A stretch of DNA of 64,000 nt from Truepera sp. (GTDB lineage: Bacteria > Deinococcota > Deinococci > Deinococcales > Trueperaceae), in assembly GCA_965218435.1 (NCBI GenBank), contig CBDCKW010000009.1, positions 2,240,001 through 2,304,000 on the forward strand, given 5' to 3'. The notes below the pieces were generated by a model. It did no database searches, had not been told where the DNA came from, and worked only from the letters and a program-made list of their open reading frames with translations. This document shows positions 9,490-19,401 of the stretch, one piece after another (position 1 is the stretch's first letter; each line of letters starts with the position of its first letter). The translations under genes and the position numbers were made by a program.

Positions 9490-10535
9490 AAATCATCTGC
9501 GAAATAGCGCCGAAGGAGTCAAAGGACTAAACTAGCAGGATGAAAGCGAGCCGCTTAAAGAGAAAGCCCAAGCATCTGTATAACTTCACAGGTTTAAGCG
9601 TCGAGCAGTTCAAGTTGCTTAGTAAAGCGGTCGAAGTACGCCTTGCCGAACCAAAAGGCACCCAGGGCAAATTACGTCAACGTGCAGTAGGCGGGGGACG
9701 CAAGGCAGAACTAGGGGTAGAGGATCAGGTTTTAGGGGTGCTGCTGTATTACCGTTTGTACCTGACCCAGCTGCTACTAGGCTACTTATTCAACTTGGAT
9801 GATAGTAACGTCAGCCGTTTGATCAGCAAACTTCGACCTGTACTACTTGAGGTTCTCCCCTTACCAGCGCACGAGACAGTTCTTTTTGGTCAAGCTAAAA
9901 GAAAGCGTATCGCAAGCCTAGAAGAACTGCTTGAGCAGCATCCTGAGTTCAAGGAAGTCTTGGTTGATGCTACCGAGCAAGAAATCCAGAAACCCAAAGA
10001 CAAGCAAGAACGCAGAGACAAGTATTCAGGTAAGAAAAAGCGACATACGCTCAAGACCCAAATCACTGCCACCAACACAAAGCTTATCCTTCATGTGACA
10101 CGTTCTTTACCAGGCAAATTCAGCGACGTCAACGTCCTTAGAGGTACCGGGGTGTTACGAGCTTTACCTACGGCTACCGAGGTCCGAGTGGACAAAGGAT
10201 ATGACGGTATTGATAAGGATTTTCCCCATAGAACCTTCCATCAGCCCAGCAAAGCTAGAAGAAACAAACCCCTGGACTTCATCCAGAAATGCCTCAACAA
10301 AGTTCAAAACAGCCTGCGTTTTCCTGTCGAGCACACACTGGCTCACTTGAAACGCTTTAAGCTCTTAGCGGGTATCTACCGAGGCCCAAAAGCTGTTTAT
10401 GATGACACTTTCTTAGCTATCGCGGGGCTTCATAACTTCAGAAAGTTAGATGCTCTGGCTTGGTAAGCCGACTTAAACCCTTTCTCTAAGCCTAGCTACT
10501 TTATTCTGATCGTGTACTTATTTCGCAGATGATTT
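9490..10535 (+). mobile_element. Insertion sequence, IS5-like (ISL2/IS702-type), about 1046 bp
   Basis: Perfect 17-bp terminal inverted repeats AAATCATCTGCGAAATA (9490-9506; 10519-10535); AGT direct repeat at 9487-9489 and 10536-10538 (a TA duplication with 16-bp IRs is also compatible); lower GC than flanks. Confidence 0.92.
9540..10466 (+). CDS. DDE transposase (N-terminal HTH plus DDE_Tnp_4-like domain)
   Basis: FTGLSVEQF, VDATEQEIQKP, YSGKKKRHTLK, DKGYDG, VEHTLAHLK. Confidence 0.95.
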   Translation: MKASRLKRKPKHLYNFTGLSVEQFKLLSKAVEVRLAEPKGTQGKLRQRAVGGGRKAELGVEDQVLGVLLYYRLYLTQLLLGYLFNLDDSNVSRLISKLRPVLLEVLPLPAHETVLFGQAKRKRIASLEELLEQHPEFKEVLVDATEQEIQKPKDKQERRDKYSGKKKRHTLKTQITATNTKLILHVTRSLPGKFSDVNVLRGTGVLRALPTATEVRVDKGYDGIDKDFPHRTFHQPSKARRNKPLDFIQKCLNKVQNSLRFPVEHTLAHLKRFKLLAGIYRGPKAVYDDTFLAIAGLHNFRKLDALAW

Positions 10536-10562
10536 AGTGATAGAATTGGTTACGTTAATAAC

Positions 10563-10611
10563 CGGACAGCCTGTCCACTCAACTATACCCCTTAACGGAG
10601 ACCCTGTCCAC
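10563..10611. promoter_or_regulatory. Two putative TetR operator sites
   Basis: CGGACAGCCTGTCCAC (10563-10578, containing the perfect IR GGACAG-C-CTGTCC) and CGGAGACCCTGTCCAC (10596-10611), 14/16 identical, directly upstream of tetR. Confidence 0.7.
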
Positions 10612-10619
10612 TTAATACA

Positions 10620-11189
10620 ATGTGCGCTGACCAGTCCCCATCTTCTGCCAGACGAGCTGACGCCGAGCGCAACCGTGACAAGATTCTCGTGACCGCCCGC
10701 ACCGCGTTCGCGGCCTCAGACGCTGAGCTTTCGATGGCTGAGATTTCGCGACGCGCAGGCGTCGGTATGGCGACGCTCTACCGCAACTTCCCCAGCCGCC
10801 AAGCACTCCTCGAGACCCTGTATCAAGAGGAAGTCGAGGCCATTTGCCAAGCCGCCGAGACAGTCACTGGCGAGACACCCGGTCAAGAGTTGATCTCATG
10901 GTTGCGCCGTTTTGCTGCCTTTCTTAGCAGCAAACATTCCATCGCCGCCGAGCTGCTCAAGCACACAGATACGAGCGATCCTGTTTTTGGTAGCAGCCGC
11001 GCTAGGGTGCTCACGGCCGCTCAGCCGCTTCTTACCGCTGCCCAGCGCACCCACGCTATCCGTGGCGACCTCACGCTCGAGCAGATCATCGACCTCATCG
11101 TAGCTATCACTCGGATTCGGGGTGACACCCAGTATTTCGCGCCGATCCTTCAAACGGTGCTCGACGGCCTGCGTCCCTCACCTAGCTAG
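10620..11189 (+). CDS. TetR/AcrR-family regulator
   Basis: RRADAERNR..SMAEISRRAGVGMATLYRNFPSR. Confidence 0.95.
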   Translation: MCADQSPSSARRADAERNRDKILVTARTAFAASDAELSMAEISRRAGVGMATLYRNFPSRQALLETLYQEEVEAICQAAETVTGETPGQELISWLRRFAAFLSSKHSIAAELLKHTDTSDPVFGSSRARVLTAAQPLLTAAQRTHAIRGDLTLEQIIDLIVAITRIRGDTQYFAPILQTVLDGLRPSPS

Positions 11190-11639
11190 TAGTTTGCTCG
11201 AACGTGACCTTCTCCGAGGTAGCAAAATAGCATTTGACAACCCGTCAACCTTGAACGACACCTCATACTGCCTGACAACCCTTCTGCCTTCTACCAACTT
11301 TCTTCAGTGTGACAGTTGGCAAAATTGGACAAGGTTACGCGCGCCACCACCAAACGAAATCAAAGTTGCGAAAAATATTCTTGGCCCAAGCTCTGCAACT
11401 GAGACACTTTCCAGCAGCGCAGCGAGGAGCAGCCCTATAAGACCAGCCCAACCGACGATAACGGCTTGTTGCAACGTCACGGCAGCTTATAAGAACAAGA
11501 AGCCAACCTTGTCATGAGCGCCCCAACAAAGATGGTGACAGCAAGATTGTGGCACTCAGCTCTGTAACACGGCCTTAAACCGGCTTACTTTAGGGAGTCA
11601 GCTGTTTTAGAGACGCACATCAGTACCGGGGGGTACGCC

Positions 11640-12512
11640 ATGAAACGACTTGAAGGCAAAGCAGCTATCATAACCGGCGCGGGTACCGGGATCGGCGAGG
11701 CCATCGCGCATAAGTTCGCCAGTGAGGGAGCACACGTTCTCGTCAACGGTCTGCCCGGCGACCCGGTTGAAGAGGTGGCTAGAGCCATTCGCGAGCAGTA
11801 TCCGGACGTCAAGGTTGAAGCTTACGTCGCCGACATCGCCGAGCAAGACAACGCCGAGGCGTGCGTTCGGCAGGCCGTCGCAGCGTTTGGCAAGCTCGAT
11901 GTTTTAGTCAACGACGCGGGTACCTTGCCCGAAACCGGCGAAACCCAGGAATATTCCATCAACGCTTTTGACAAGCTCGTTCACAACAACATCCGCAGCG
12001 CCTTTATGATGACCCGCGCGGCGCTGCCCGAGCTGCAAAAGACGCGCGGCAACATCGTCGCGGCCGGTAGCGAGGCCGGATTTAACGGGACCCCGATGTT
12101 CACCCCTTACGGCGCGACAAAGGGATGGATGCACGCCTTTATCAAGGGTGTCGCGATGGAGCAGGCTAAACATGGCGTCCGCGCCAACTGCTTTTGCCCT
12201 GGGCCTATCGAGACCATGTTTACGGACCCCGAGGTCGGCCCGATGGGTGACGACCTCGCCGAGATGACGGTGACGGCAACGGCGATGGGGCGGCTTGGCA
12301 CGCCTGAGGAGATGGCCAACGTCGCGGCTTTTTTAGCCTCTGATGAGGCGAGCTACGTCACCGGGGCGCTCTTTTTAGCCGACGGCGGCGTGACGCCCGC
12401 GCACGGCACCTTAGGCGCACAGGTTCCCGACGAGCTTAAAAAAGAGCCGCAGGGCCAGCTCAAACTGTCCCATGAACTCGCCGGTTCCGTCTCTGAAAAA
12501 CCTACCGGCTAG
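11640..12512 (+). CDS. SDR-family oxidoreductase
   Basis: [24 protein letters not shown]. Confidence 0.93.
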   Translation: MKRLEGKAAIITGAGTGIGEAIAHKFASEGAHVLVNGLPGDPVEEVARAIREQYPDVKVEAYVADIAEQDNAEACVRQAVAAFGKLDVLVNDAGTLPETGETQEYSINAFDKLVHNNIRSAFMMTRAALPELQKTRGNIVAAGSEAGFNGTPMFTPYGATKGWMHAFIKGVAMEQAKHGVRANCFCPGPIETMFTDPEVGPMGDDLAEMTVTATAMGRLGTPEEMANVAAFLASDEASYVTGALFLADGGVTPAHGTLGAQVPDELKKEPQGQLKLSHELAGSVSEKPTG

Positions 12513-12520
12513 GGGGAAAG

Positions 12521-13546
12521 ATGAAAAAAGATACTGCTAATACTCATAAGGTCTCGAGACGCCGCGTGCTTGGGGGGATGACGACCGGTTTGGTTGCCGC
12601 TCTGACGCCTGCTGCGCTCGCACAAACAAAACAGACCGATACTAAAGAACAAGTCCCGCCGCAAGCCGTCAAGCAAAATCCGCTGACGCAGTACCCGGAA
12701 CCGCCTTTTAAGCGACAGCCCCAAGATCCACCCGGTCTGGCGAGCAAGATGACGCCGCGCCCCGATCACGGGGAGACGAGTTATCAGGGTTCAGGCCGTC
12801 TCTTGGGCCGTAAGGCGCTCGTCACCGGCGGCGATTCGGGCATCGGCCGCGCCGCAGTTATCGCCTTCGCGCGCGAAGGGGCGGACGTCGCCTTCGGTTA
12901 CCTTCCCGAGGAAGAACCCGATGCACGCGAGGTCGTCGCGCTGATCCGCAAAGCGGGGCGGAAGGCCGTGGCCCTGCCGGGTGACATCAGGAGCGAAGAC
13001 TTTTGTAAACAGCTCGTCGCCGACGCAGTACGCGAACTCGGCGGGCTCGACATCTTGGTCAACAACGCGGCTAAACAGCACTCGGTCGCGTCTATCCTCG
13101 ACCTCAGCAGCGACCAGCTCGACGCGACGTTTAAGACAAATCTTTACGCGCTGTTCTGGATTACCAAAGCGGCGCTGCCGCACCTCAAGGCCGGGGCCAG
13201 CATCATCACCACTGCCTCAATTGAGGCGTACGACCCATCTGAAAACCTGCTCGACTACGCGCAGACCAAAGCGGCGCAGGTCGCCTTTACCAAATCGTTG
13301 GCAAGGCAGGTGGCTGAACGGGGCATCCGGGTCAACGCCGTCGCGCCCGGACCTTTTTGGACGCCCCTCCAAGTCAGCGGGGGTCAACCGCAAAGTGCCC
13401 TCGAGACCTTTGGCGGCGACACCCCGATGGGGCGTCCCGGCCAGCCGGCAGAGCTTGCGCCGATCTATGTGCTCTTGGCGTCGCAAGAATCGAGCTACAC
13501 GACCGGTCAGGTGTACGGCGCGACGGGCGGGAGTGGTGCACCGTGA
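12521..13546 (+). CDS. SDR oxidoreductase (YghA/YdaD-like) with N-terminal twin-arginine-like signal
   Basis: SRRRVL, hydrophobic stretch and [42 protein letters not shown]. Confidence 0.92.
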   Translation: MKKDTANTHKVSRRRVLGGMTTGLVAALTPAALAQTKQTDTKEQVPPQAVKQNPLTQYPEPPFKRQPQDPPGLASKMTPRPDHGETSYQGSGRLLGRKALVTGGDSGIGRAAVIAFAREGADVAFGYLPEEEPDAREVVALIRKAGRKAVALPGDIRSEDFCKQLVADAVRELGGLDILVNNAAKQHSVASILDLSSDQLDATFKTNLYALFWITKAALPHLKAGASIITTASIEAYDPSENLLDYAQTKAAQVAFTKSLARQVAERGIRVNAVAPGPFWTPLQVSGGQPQSALETFGGDTPMGRPGQPAELAPIYVLLASQESSYTTGQVYGATGGSGAP

Positions 13547-13884
13547 GCTACAGCCAAGGCTTCTGACGCGGGTCGGGAACCTTGTTACCTCAACATTTTC
13601 TTAAATCTCTGTTCTAGCAGTCGGCGTAAAAGCTTAATTTGAGTTGAGGTCGGCAAAAGAAAGCTAATATGTCAGCTATTCGGTTGAGGTTTCGTGCAAC
13701 TCGTTAGCTGAGCAGGAATTCCTTATCGCTCACACTGAGCCGCTCTCCCGGCACGTTGCAGCGGTCCGGTCTGTCAACTGCGTAAGCCGACCTTTCCGGT
13801 TATGAAGGGCAAACCGTCAAGCCTACGCATCAGGCTACGTCAGCATTTGAGCCTCATCCCAAAGGCAGTGCTACACTTAAACCT

Positions 13885-14265
13885 ATGGAACCAACCTGGG
13901 TACGCGGCATTCGCGGCGCAACGACGGTCGAGCGGGACGAACCCGAGCTGATTTTGGCGGCGACCGGGGAGCTGTTAGAGACGATGCTCCGCGAAAACGA
14001 CATCCGTAACTTTGAGGCCATCGCCGCGATTTTCTTTACCACCACGCCCGACCTGACGAGCACCTTTCCGGCAGAGGCGGCGAGAGCCCTCGGGATGGAT
14101 TTGGTTCCGCTGATGTGTAATCAGGAGATTCCGGTACCCAACCGTTTAGCAAAAGCCGTACGGGTGATGCTGCAGGTCAACACGACGAAAACGCAGCGCG
14201 AGATGCGGCATATCTATCTGCGCGAAGCTGTCCGGTTACGCCCCGATTTGGTAAGCGCCCAGTAG
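13885..14265 (+). CDS. aroH: AroH-type chorismate mutase
   Basis: VRGIRGATTV, FTTTPDL, FPAEAAR, HIYLREAVRLRPD. Confidence 0.96.
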   Translation: MEPTWVRGIRGATTVERDEPELILAATGELLETMLRENDIRNFEAIAAIFFTTTPDLTSTFPAEAARALGMDLVPLMCNQEIPVPNRLAKAVRVMLQVNTTKTQREMRHIYLREAVRLRPDLVSAQ

Positions 14266-14300
14266 CTAGCCTCCACTTATTGCCGCTTAGTTTTAGTTGA

Positions 14301-15272
14301 CTAAGGCAGCAGCTTATTCGTAAACAGCGTCTTAGACTGAACTGCGTCACGAACCCTTTGCGTCGCGTCCCCGAAAACATCCGCGTCTAAGAGGAGCGTG
14401 GGGTAGCCTGTCCACTTTTCTAAGCTTTGTTGTCCCCACGCCTCACCTTGAGCGAGGTAAAAGCTCGAGACCAACGCTTGCGACTCACGCACCAAACCGG
14501 GGTCGGGAAAGCTACCTGCGGGCGCAGCTTGGAGGAGAAGTTCGGCAGCCTCTTCAGGGTTGTTTGCAGCGAACGTATAACCCCTGGCCGTCGCCGCTAA
14601 AAACGCCTTGAGCGCGGCGGCATTGTTCTCAATCCCGTCCGGACTAGCAACCAAAACCGGCGTGTAATAGTCGGGCACGCCGTAGTCGTTAAAGGTAAAC
14701 AAGGTCAGGTCAACGCCTTCGCGCTCCGCCTGCACGCCCTGCCAGCCCCGAAAAATCCAGACGAAATCGGCGCGACCCGCCAGCAGCGCGTCAAAACCGG
14801 CAACGTTTAAGAGCGCACTCCGAAAATCGCCGGTACCACTGTCATGCCGGATGACCGCAGCGATGGTCGGGTCTTCATAGGTGCTGCCGAAAGCCGCGTA
14901 GATTTTGCCGTCCAGGTCTTTGGGTCGGGTAATCCCGCTCTTTGTAAGGACTGCCAGCGCCGCCGTATTGGTGGACAGCATCGCCGCTACCGAGACGACG
15001 GGCTCCCCGGCAGCAACCGAACCCAGTACGCCTTCGGTGCTCGAGACCCCCACATCGGCCTGGTTATTGGCAACGAGCGCCTCGGGCGCAACGCTGCCGT
15101 AGGGCAACACCTGCAGCTTGATACCCGCTTCTTCGTACCAACCCTTCGCGAGCGCGACGTAAATCCCGGTGTGGTTGGTGTTCGGTACCCAGTCGAGGGC
15201 CAGCCGGACCGTTGGGGTTTGAGCTGAGGCGAATGTAAGCAGGGTAATGAGTAGCGCAAAAAAAACTTTCAC
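14301..15272 (-). CDS. thiY: NMT1/THI5-like ABC substrate-binding protein (ThiY-like)
   Basis: Signal peptide; LDWVPNTNHTGIYVA; in a TPP-riboswitch operon. Confidence 0.88.
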   Translation of the reverse strand: MKVFFALLITLLTFASAQTPTVRLALDWVPNTNHTGIYVALAKGWYEEAGIKLQVLPYGSVAPEALVANNQADVGVSSTEGVLGSVAAGEPVVSVAAMLSTNTAALAVLTKSGITRPKDLDGKIYAAFGSTYEDPTIAAVIRHDSGTGDFRSALLNVAGFDALLAGRADFVWIFRGWQGVQAEREGVDLTLFTFNDYGVPDYYTPVLVASPDGIENNAAALKAFLAATARGYTFAANNPEEAAELLLQAAPAGSFPDPGLVRESQALVSSFYLAQGEAWGQQSLEKWTGYPTLLLDADVFGDATQRVRDAVQSKTLFTNKLLP

Positions 15273-16012
15273 TGAAACCTCCAGGGCATGGTGAGGCGCT
15301 CGAGCAGCCGCACACCGGCGACGAGCAGCGAGCTTAAGAGGGCGATAACGATAATTGTGGCGAAAACGAGCGGGGTCGCGCGGGAATTCGCAGCGGTTTG
15401 CAGCAAAATCCCGAGCCCCGAAAAGCCGCCGACGTATTCGGCAAAAATTGCGCCGGTGACGCTGTAGGTCAGCGTAATCCGCAAGCCCGAAAAAAAGCTG
15501 GGGAGCGCACCGGGCCAGCGCAGCAAGCGAAAGGTCTGCCAGGGCGAGGCAGCCAAGGAGCGCATCAGGTCGTGGCGGTCGGCGGGCGTCTGTGCGAGGC
15601 CCGCAAGCGTCGAGAGAACGATGGGGAAAAAGGCAAAGAGTGCGACGAGCAGCACTTTAGGCAACAGGCCGAAGCCGAACCAGAGGAGCATTAAAGGGGC
15701 CAAGACGATAATTGGGACCGTCTGCGAGGCGACAAGATACGGCAACAACGCCCGCCGCAGCAGCTCGGATCGGTCGAGTAAAAGTGCCCAGACGAGCGCG
15801 GCGATGACTGCCAGCAGCACCCCTAACGCCGTTTCTGACAGGGTCGTCAGGCTGTTGTCCCACAACAGCCCGCGCTGCTCGAGCAACGTCATAAAAACAA
15901 CCTGAGGCGACGGTAAAAAGCTCGCCGGAACCCCGCTCAGGGATACCCCGAGCTGCCACGCGCCTAAAATCAGCACGCCCGCAGCGAGTGGCGCGAGGAC
16001 GCCGACTTTCAT
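15269..16012 (-). CDS. thiX: ABC permease (ThiX/SsuC-like)
   Basis: LPSP, SQTVPIIVLAPL, FFSGLRI, AEYVGG; overlaps both neighbours. Confidence 0.88.
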   Translation of the reverse strand: MKVGVLAPLAAGVLILGAWQLGVSLSGVPASFLPSPQVVFMTLLEQRGLLWDNSLTTLSETALGVLLAVIAALVWALLLDRSELLRRALLPYLVASQTVPIIVLAPLMLLWFGFGLLPKVLLVALFAFFPIVLSTLAGLAQTPADRHDLMRSLAASPWQTFRLLRWPGALPSFFSGLRITLTYSVTGAIFAEYVGGFSGLGILLQTAANSRATPLVFATIIVIALLSSLLVAGVRLLERLTMPWRFQ

Positions 16013-16698
16013 CCCGCTGAAACCGCGTCGTAAAACATCTTTTCAAAGTCGTAGCAGAGTTCGGCGGCGCGGGTGACGGCTTCTTTTTCCGCATCAGTCG
16101 TCACCAAGGGGCGAAGCATCTCGGTGGTAGCGCGTTCAGCGGGCTCCAAGGCTTCGTGAAAGCTGAAAAACTCCGTCGCCTCATCCGAAAAACCGTACTG
16201 CCGAAGCGGAGCGTCAATACGGCCACAGATTTCCAGAAAAATCGTTTCACTTGCGCCCAGACACGCGACCGTTTCAGCAAACGAACTCCGCGCCAGGTGA
16301 TAGTAAAACTGCGCCGTCAGCGCGAGACACGGCGCCAGGGGCCGAGCAGCGGCAAAGTCTTCCGGTGTTAAACCGACCGCTTTACCAAACCGTAACAGCG
16401 TGTCTGCCGCACCCATTTTAGGCGTGAGCTTGGCAATCAGCGCGTCCGCCGCCTCAGCTGTGGGCGCTTTGGCAATGGTGAGGCTGTCTAACCGGTACAC
16501 CTCGCGGATGAGGAAAATATCTTGGAGCGCAAAGCGGGCGAGCTGTTCGCGGGTTGTCGTTTGGTTTTCGACACCTGTCCAGAGTGGATGCTCTAAGAGA
16601 GCCGTTTGTTTTAGGCGCAGGTCTCGAGTCGTCAACCCGGCTAAAAATCCCGTCCCGACGCCCTGCCCGTAAGTCGGATTTACGCTGGTTTTGGTCAC
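16009..16698 (-). CDS. TenA/THI-4/PqqC-like protein
   Basis: LEHPLW..EQLARFALQD..ELCYDFEKMFYD; GTG start at 16698 behind GGAGG; first gene after the TPP riboswitch. Confidence 0.8.
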   Translation of the reverse strand: MTKTSVNPTYGQGVGTGFLAGLTTRDLRLKQTALLEHPLWTGVENQTTTREQLARFALQDIFLIREVYRLDSLTIAKAPTAEAADALIAKLTPKMGAADTLLRFGKAVGLTPEDFAAARPLAPCLALTAQFYYHLARSSFAETVACLGASETIFLEICGRIDAPLRQYGFSDEATEFFSFHEALEPAERATTEMLRPLVTTDAEKEAVTRAAELCYDFEKMFYDAVSAG

Positions 16699-16705
16699 CA
16701 AAAAA

Positions 16706-16726
16706 CCTCCTGATTTCACCAGGAGG
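16706..16726 (-). promoter_or_regulatory. RBS-sequestering hairpin (riboswitch expression platform)
   Basis: CCTCCTG-7 nt-CAGGAGG includes the GGAGG Shine-Dalgarno of the tenA-like gene. Confidence 0.65.
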
Positions 16727-16750
16727 CGCAAGCCGTAAGCTGAGAGCGCG

Positions 16751-16840
16751 TCACACTTCCTCCGCCGGTATGATCCGGGTCAGGTTCTAGGGTTGAGCTT
16801 GCTCGCGCAGACTCTCTCAGCCTTTCGGCACCCCTGGTGA
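16751..16840 (-). ncRNA. TPP riboswitch
   Basis: Minus strand CACCAGGGGTGCCGAAAGGCTGAGA...ACCCTAGAACCTGACCCGGATCATACCGGCGGAGGAAGTG matches the THI-box consensus; upstream of thiamine-salvage genes. Confidence 0.96.
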
Positions 16841-16921
16841 GAGGGCTAGTATACAGCGGCAACGGGTCGAAAGTGTAGGCTCGAGCCAACCTCGCTCACC
16901 CAAAGAGCTAAAAGGAGACGC

Positions 16922-17929
16922 ATGACCTTTAGCCGCACCTACACCACTGTTGACGCGCACACGGCGGGCGAACCGCTGCGAATTGTAACCGCCGGGATTC
17001 CGCGTATTCCCGGCCGCACGATTCTAGACAAGCGCCGCTGGGTCAAAGAAAATCTGGACGACGTGCGTAAGGCGCTCATGTGGGAGCCTCGGGGCCACGC
17101 CGATATGTACGGGGCTTACCTCACCGAACCGGTGACAGAGGACGCCGACCTGGGCGTGATCTTTATGCACAACGAAGGCTACTCGGATATGTGCGGGCAC
17201 GGCATTATTGCGCTCGCCACAGTTGCCACCGCGCAGGGTTTGGTCAGAGTGACAGAACCGGAAACCCGCATCGGCATAGATTCGCCGGCAGGCTTTATCG
17301 AGGCGTTTGCCAAGTGGGACGGCCGAAAAGTTGGGCGGGTCCGGTTTAACAACGTACCGTCGTTTCTCTACCGGCGAGACTTGGAGGTTCACACCCCTTC
17401 GTTCGGTGGCGTCACGGTAGACCTCGCCTTCGGCGGCGCGTTTTACGCTTACTTGAGCGGCGCACAGGTTGGGCTTACGGTCACGCCGGAAAACTACCGT
17501 CCGCTGATCCTCTTAGGCGACGAGGTTAAAAAAGCTGTCAGTGCCGAGGTTAAGGTGCAGCATCCGCTCGAGCCTGAACTCAACCAGCTTTACGGCACCA
17601 TCATCCACGGACCGCCGCAGCATGAGGGGTCAACCCAGGCGAACGTCTGCGTCTTTGCCGACCGCGAGATAGACCGTTCACCGACCGGCACCGGCACTGC
17701 CGGACGCGTCGCGCAGCTTTACGCCAGGGGTCAGCTCCGAGAAGATGAAACGCTCGTCAACGAGAGCATCATCGGTACGACCTTTACGGGCCGGGTTGTC
17801 GGCCACACGAAGGTCGGCGAGTTCGACGCCGTAATCCCTGAAGTCGGTGGCAGAGCGGCCATCACCGGCTTTAATCAGTGGGTCGTTGACCCAGACGACC
17901 CGGTAGGGGCAGGATTTTTTCTCCGGTAG
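16922..17929 (+). CDS. Proline racemase-family protein, probable trans-3-hydroxy-L-proline dehydratase
   Basis: DAHTAGEPLR, EPRGHADMYGA, MCGHG and DRSPTGTG (Cys/Thr catalytic pair). Confidence 0.88.
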   Translation: MTFSRTYTTVDAHTAGEPLRIVTAGIPRIPGRTILDKRRWVKENLDDVRKALMWEPRGHADMYGAYLTEPVTEDADLGVIFMHNEGYSDMCGHGIIALATVATAQGLVRVTEPETRIGIDSPAGFIEAFAKWDGRKVGRVRFNNVPSFLYRRDLEVHTPSFGGVTVDLAFGGAFYAYLSGAQVGLTVTPENYRPLILLGDEVKKAVSAEVKVQHPLEPELNQLYGTIIHGPPQHEGSTQANVCVFADREIDRSPTGTGTAGRVAQLYARGQLREDETLVNESIIGTTFTGRVVGHTKVGEFDAVIPEVGGRAAITGFNQWVVDPDDPVGAGFFLR

Positions 17930-17932
17930 AGG

Positions 17933-18838
17933 TTAGATAATGGGAACGCCGAACGCGACGTGTGCAGCGGCAAGATCAAACAGGGCGTGACCGACGCTTT
18001 TGAACACGGTCGGTTGGTCTACCTGGGTGGGGTTAGATAGAAGGGACTCGAGCCCCACCACCGCCGACCACTGCAAACGGCCCGCCGCCACAGCTTGAAT
18101 GAGGTCGCCCGCTTCGGTCTGCGCAGCCGCTAACGTGTCTACCACCACCCGGCTCTGACCGATAATCTCGGCTGAAACTTCGGCCACTTCAGGCTGAAAC
18201 GACCCTACCGCGCAGATAAACGCGTCCTGCCTGACGGGGTCGGTCAGGACAGGCGTCCGGCTCGTCGTGGCGGTGACGATGAGGGACGCGTCGGCAGCAA
18301 CTTCAGCAGGTTCAGCGACGCGAGCGTCCATGCCGAGAGACTGCGCGTAAGTCACCAGCTCAGCAGCTTTTTCTTGCGTCCGAGAGGCGATAAAAACTTG
18401 CTCGATCCCGAGGCCGACGCGGAACGCCTCGAGATGTGCCCGCGCCTGAACCCCGGCTCCAAAGATAAGTAACGGACCGTTCGGCACAGCTGCGAGTGTT
18501 TTTACGGCGAGAAGTGACAATGCCGCCGTCCGCCGTTCGGTGACCACGCCGTCTAACATGCCCAGGCGAACGCCGGTGTCGGTGCGCATCACGACGATCT
18601 CACTCTGAACGCTCGGCAAACCTCGGCCCGGATTGTCCGGGTGGACGGTGACGAGTTTGGTGATGGTCAGGTCGCGGCTCGAGGCGGGCATCAGCAGCAG
18701 ACCATTACCCTCTCCCAAAGCTACGGCGCTGCGTTCCGGCGCGGTCAACTTATCACGGTTTAAGAGCACGGCGGCGATAGCGTCAGCTAACTCCGGGTAC
18801 GGGAGTCGGGCGGCTGTCTCGCGGGCGTCTAACTGCAT
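17933..18838 (-). CDS. Ornithine cyclodeaminase/mu-crystallin family, probable delta1-pyrroline-2-carboxylate reductase
   Basis: LDARETAARLPY, KLVTVHPDN, RRTAA, GAGVQA, FKSVGHALFDLAAA; start at ATG 18838. Confidence 0.85.
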   Translation of the reverse strand: MQLDARETAARLPYPELADAIAAVLLNRDKLTAPERSAVALGEGNGLLLMPASSRDLTITKLVTVHPDNPGRGLPSVQSEIVVMRTDTGVRLGMLDGVVTERRTAALSLLAVKTLAAVPNGPLLIFGAGVQARAHLEAFRVGLGIEQVFIASRTQEKAAELVTYAQSLGMDARVAEPAEVAADASLIVTATTSRTPVLTDPVRQDAFICAVGSFQPEVAEVSAEIIGQSRVVVDTLAAAQTEAGDLIQAVAAGRLQWSAVVGLESLLSNPTQVDQPTVFKSVGHALFDLAAAHVAFGVPII

Positions 18839-19039
18839 CACACCGACTTTCGTCAAAGCTCGAGGGTTTACGGGGATAATGTTGCGCAAACACAAGAATG
18901 TAAATATAAGAACATGAAGGCGGCAATCAGGGGCACACCTTAGCAAAACTCAGGAATGCTCGAGACCCCAACCCGTAAAATCGGCGGCTACCAGCTGAAC
19001 CGCTGCGAAACAAATCCATATGGTAGTTACGCTAGGCGG

Positions 19040-19315
19040 TTACTCCCACTCTTTCACCGGAATCAGCTCGCCGCCGTCTACGGTCGCATTTTTGACCCGG
19101 TGACCCCGGCTCAGCGACACCTCTAACACCGCCTGGTCGAGACTGTTGGAACCGATCAGCGTTTTGCGGACGAAATAGCCGTTCCCTTGCAAACTCATCT
19201 CGCTGGTTTTCGAGAGCCGCACGGGGATAACCTCACCGTTTTTATCGGTACGGACGCGGGCCAGAAGAAAACTGCCTTCCTGCTTGAAGTTGGGGTTGCC
19301 ACGACGAAAAAACAT
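19040..19315 (-). CDS. Small hypothetical protein
   Basis: 91-aa ORF with protein-like composition; TAGAGT 5 nt before ATG. Confidence 0.7.
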   Translation of the reverse strand: MFFRRGNPNFKQEGSFLLARVRTDKNGEVIPVRLSKTSEMSLQGNGYFVRKTLIGSNSLDQAVLEVSLSRGHRVKNATVDGGELIPVKEWE

Positions 19316-19401
19316 GCTCTACTCTAGCACTGCCTCTACGCAGACATCTTATCCAGCTATATTTAGCGTATACCGAAAACGCCACCAACCCTTGACCTTC
19401 T

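Noticed and set aside
13805..13845. GGGCAAACC resembling the start of a c-di-GMP-I riboswitch
   Set aside because: No GNRA-capped P2 hairpin or GACGCAAAG follows, and the downstream aroH looks leaderless
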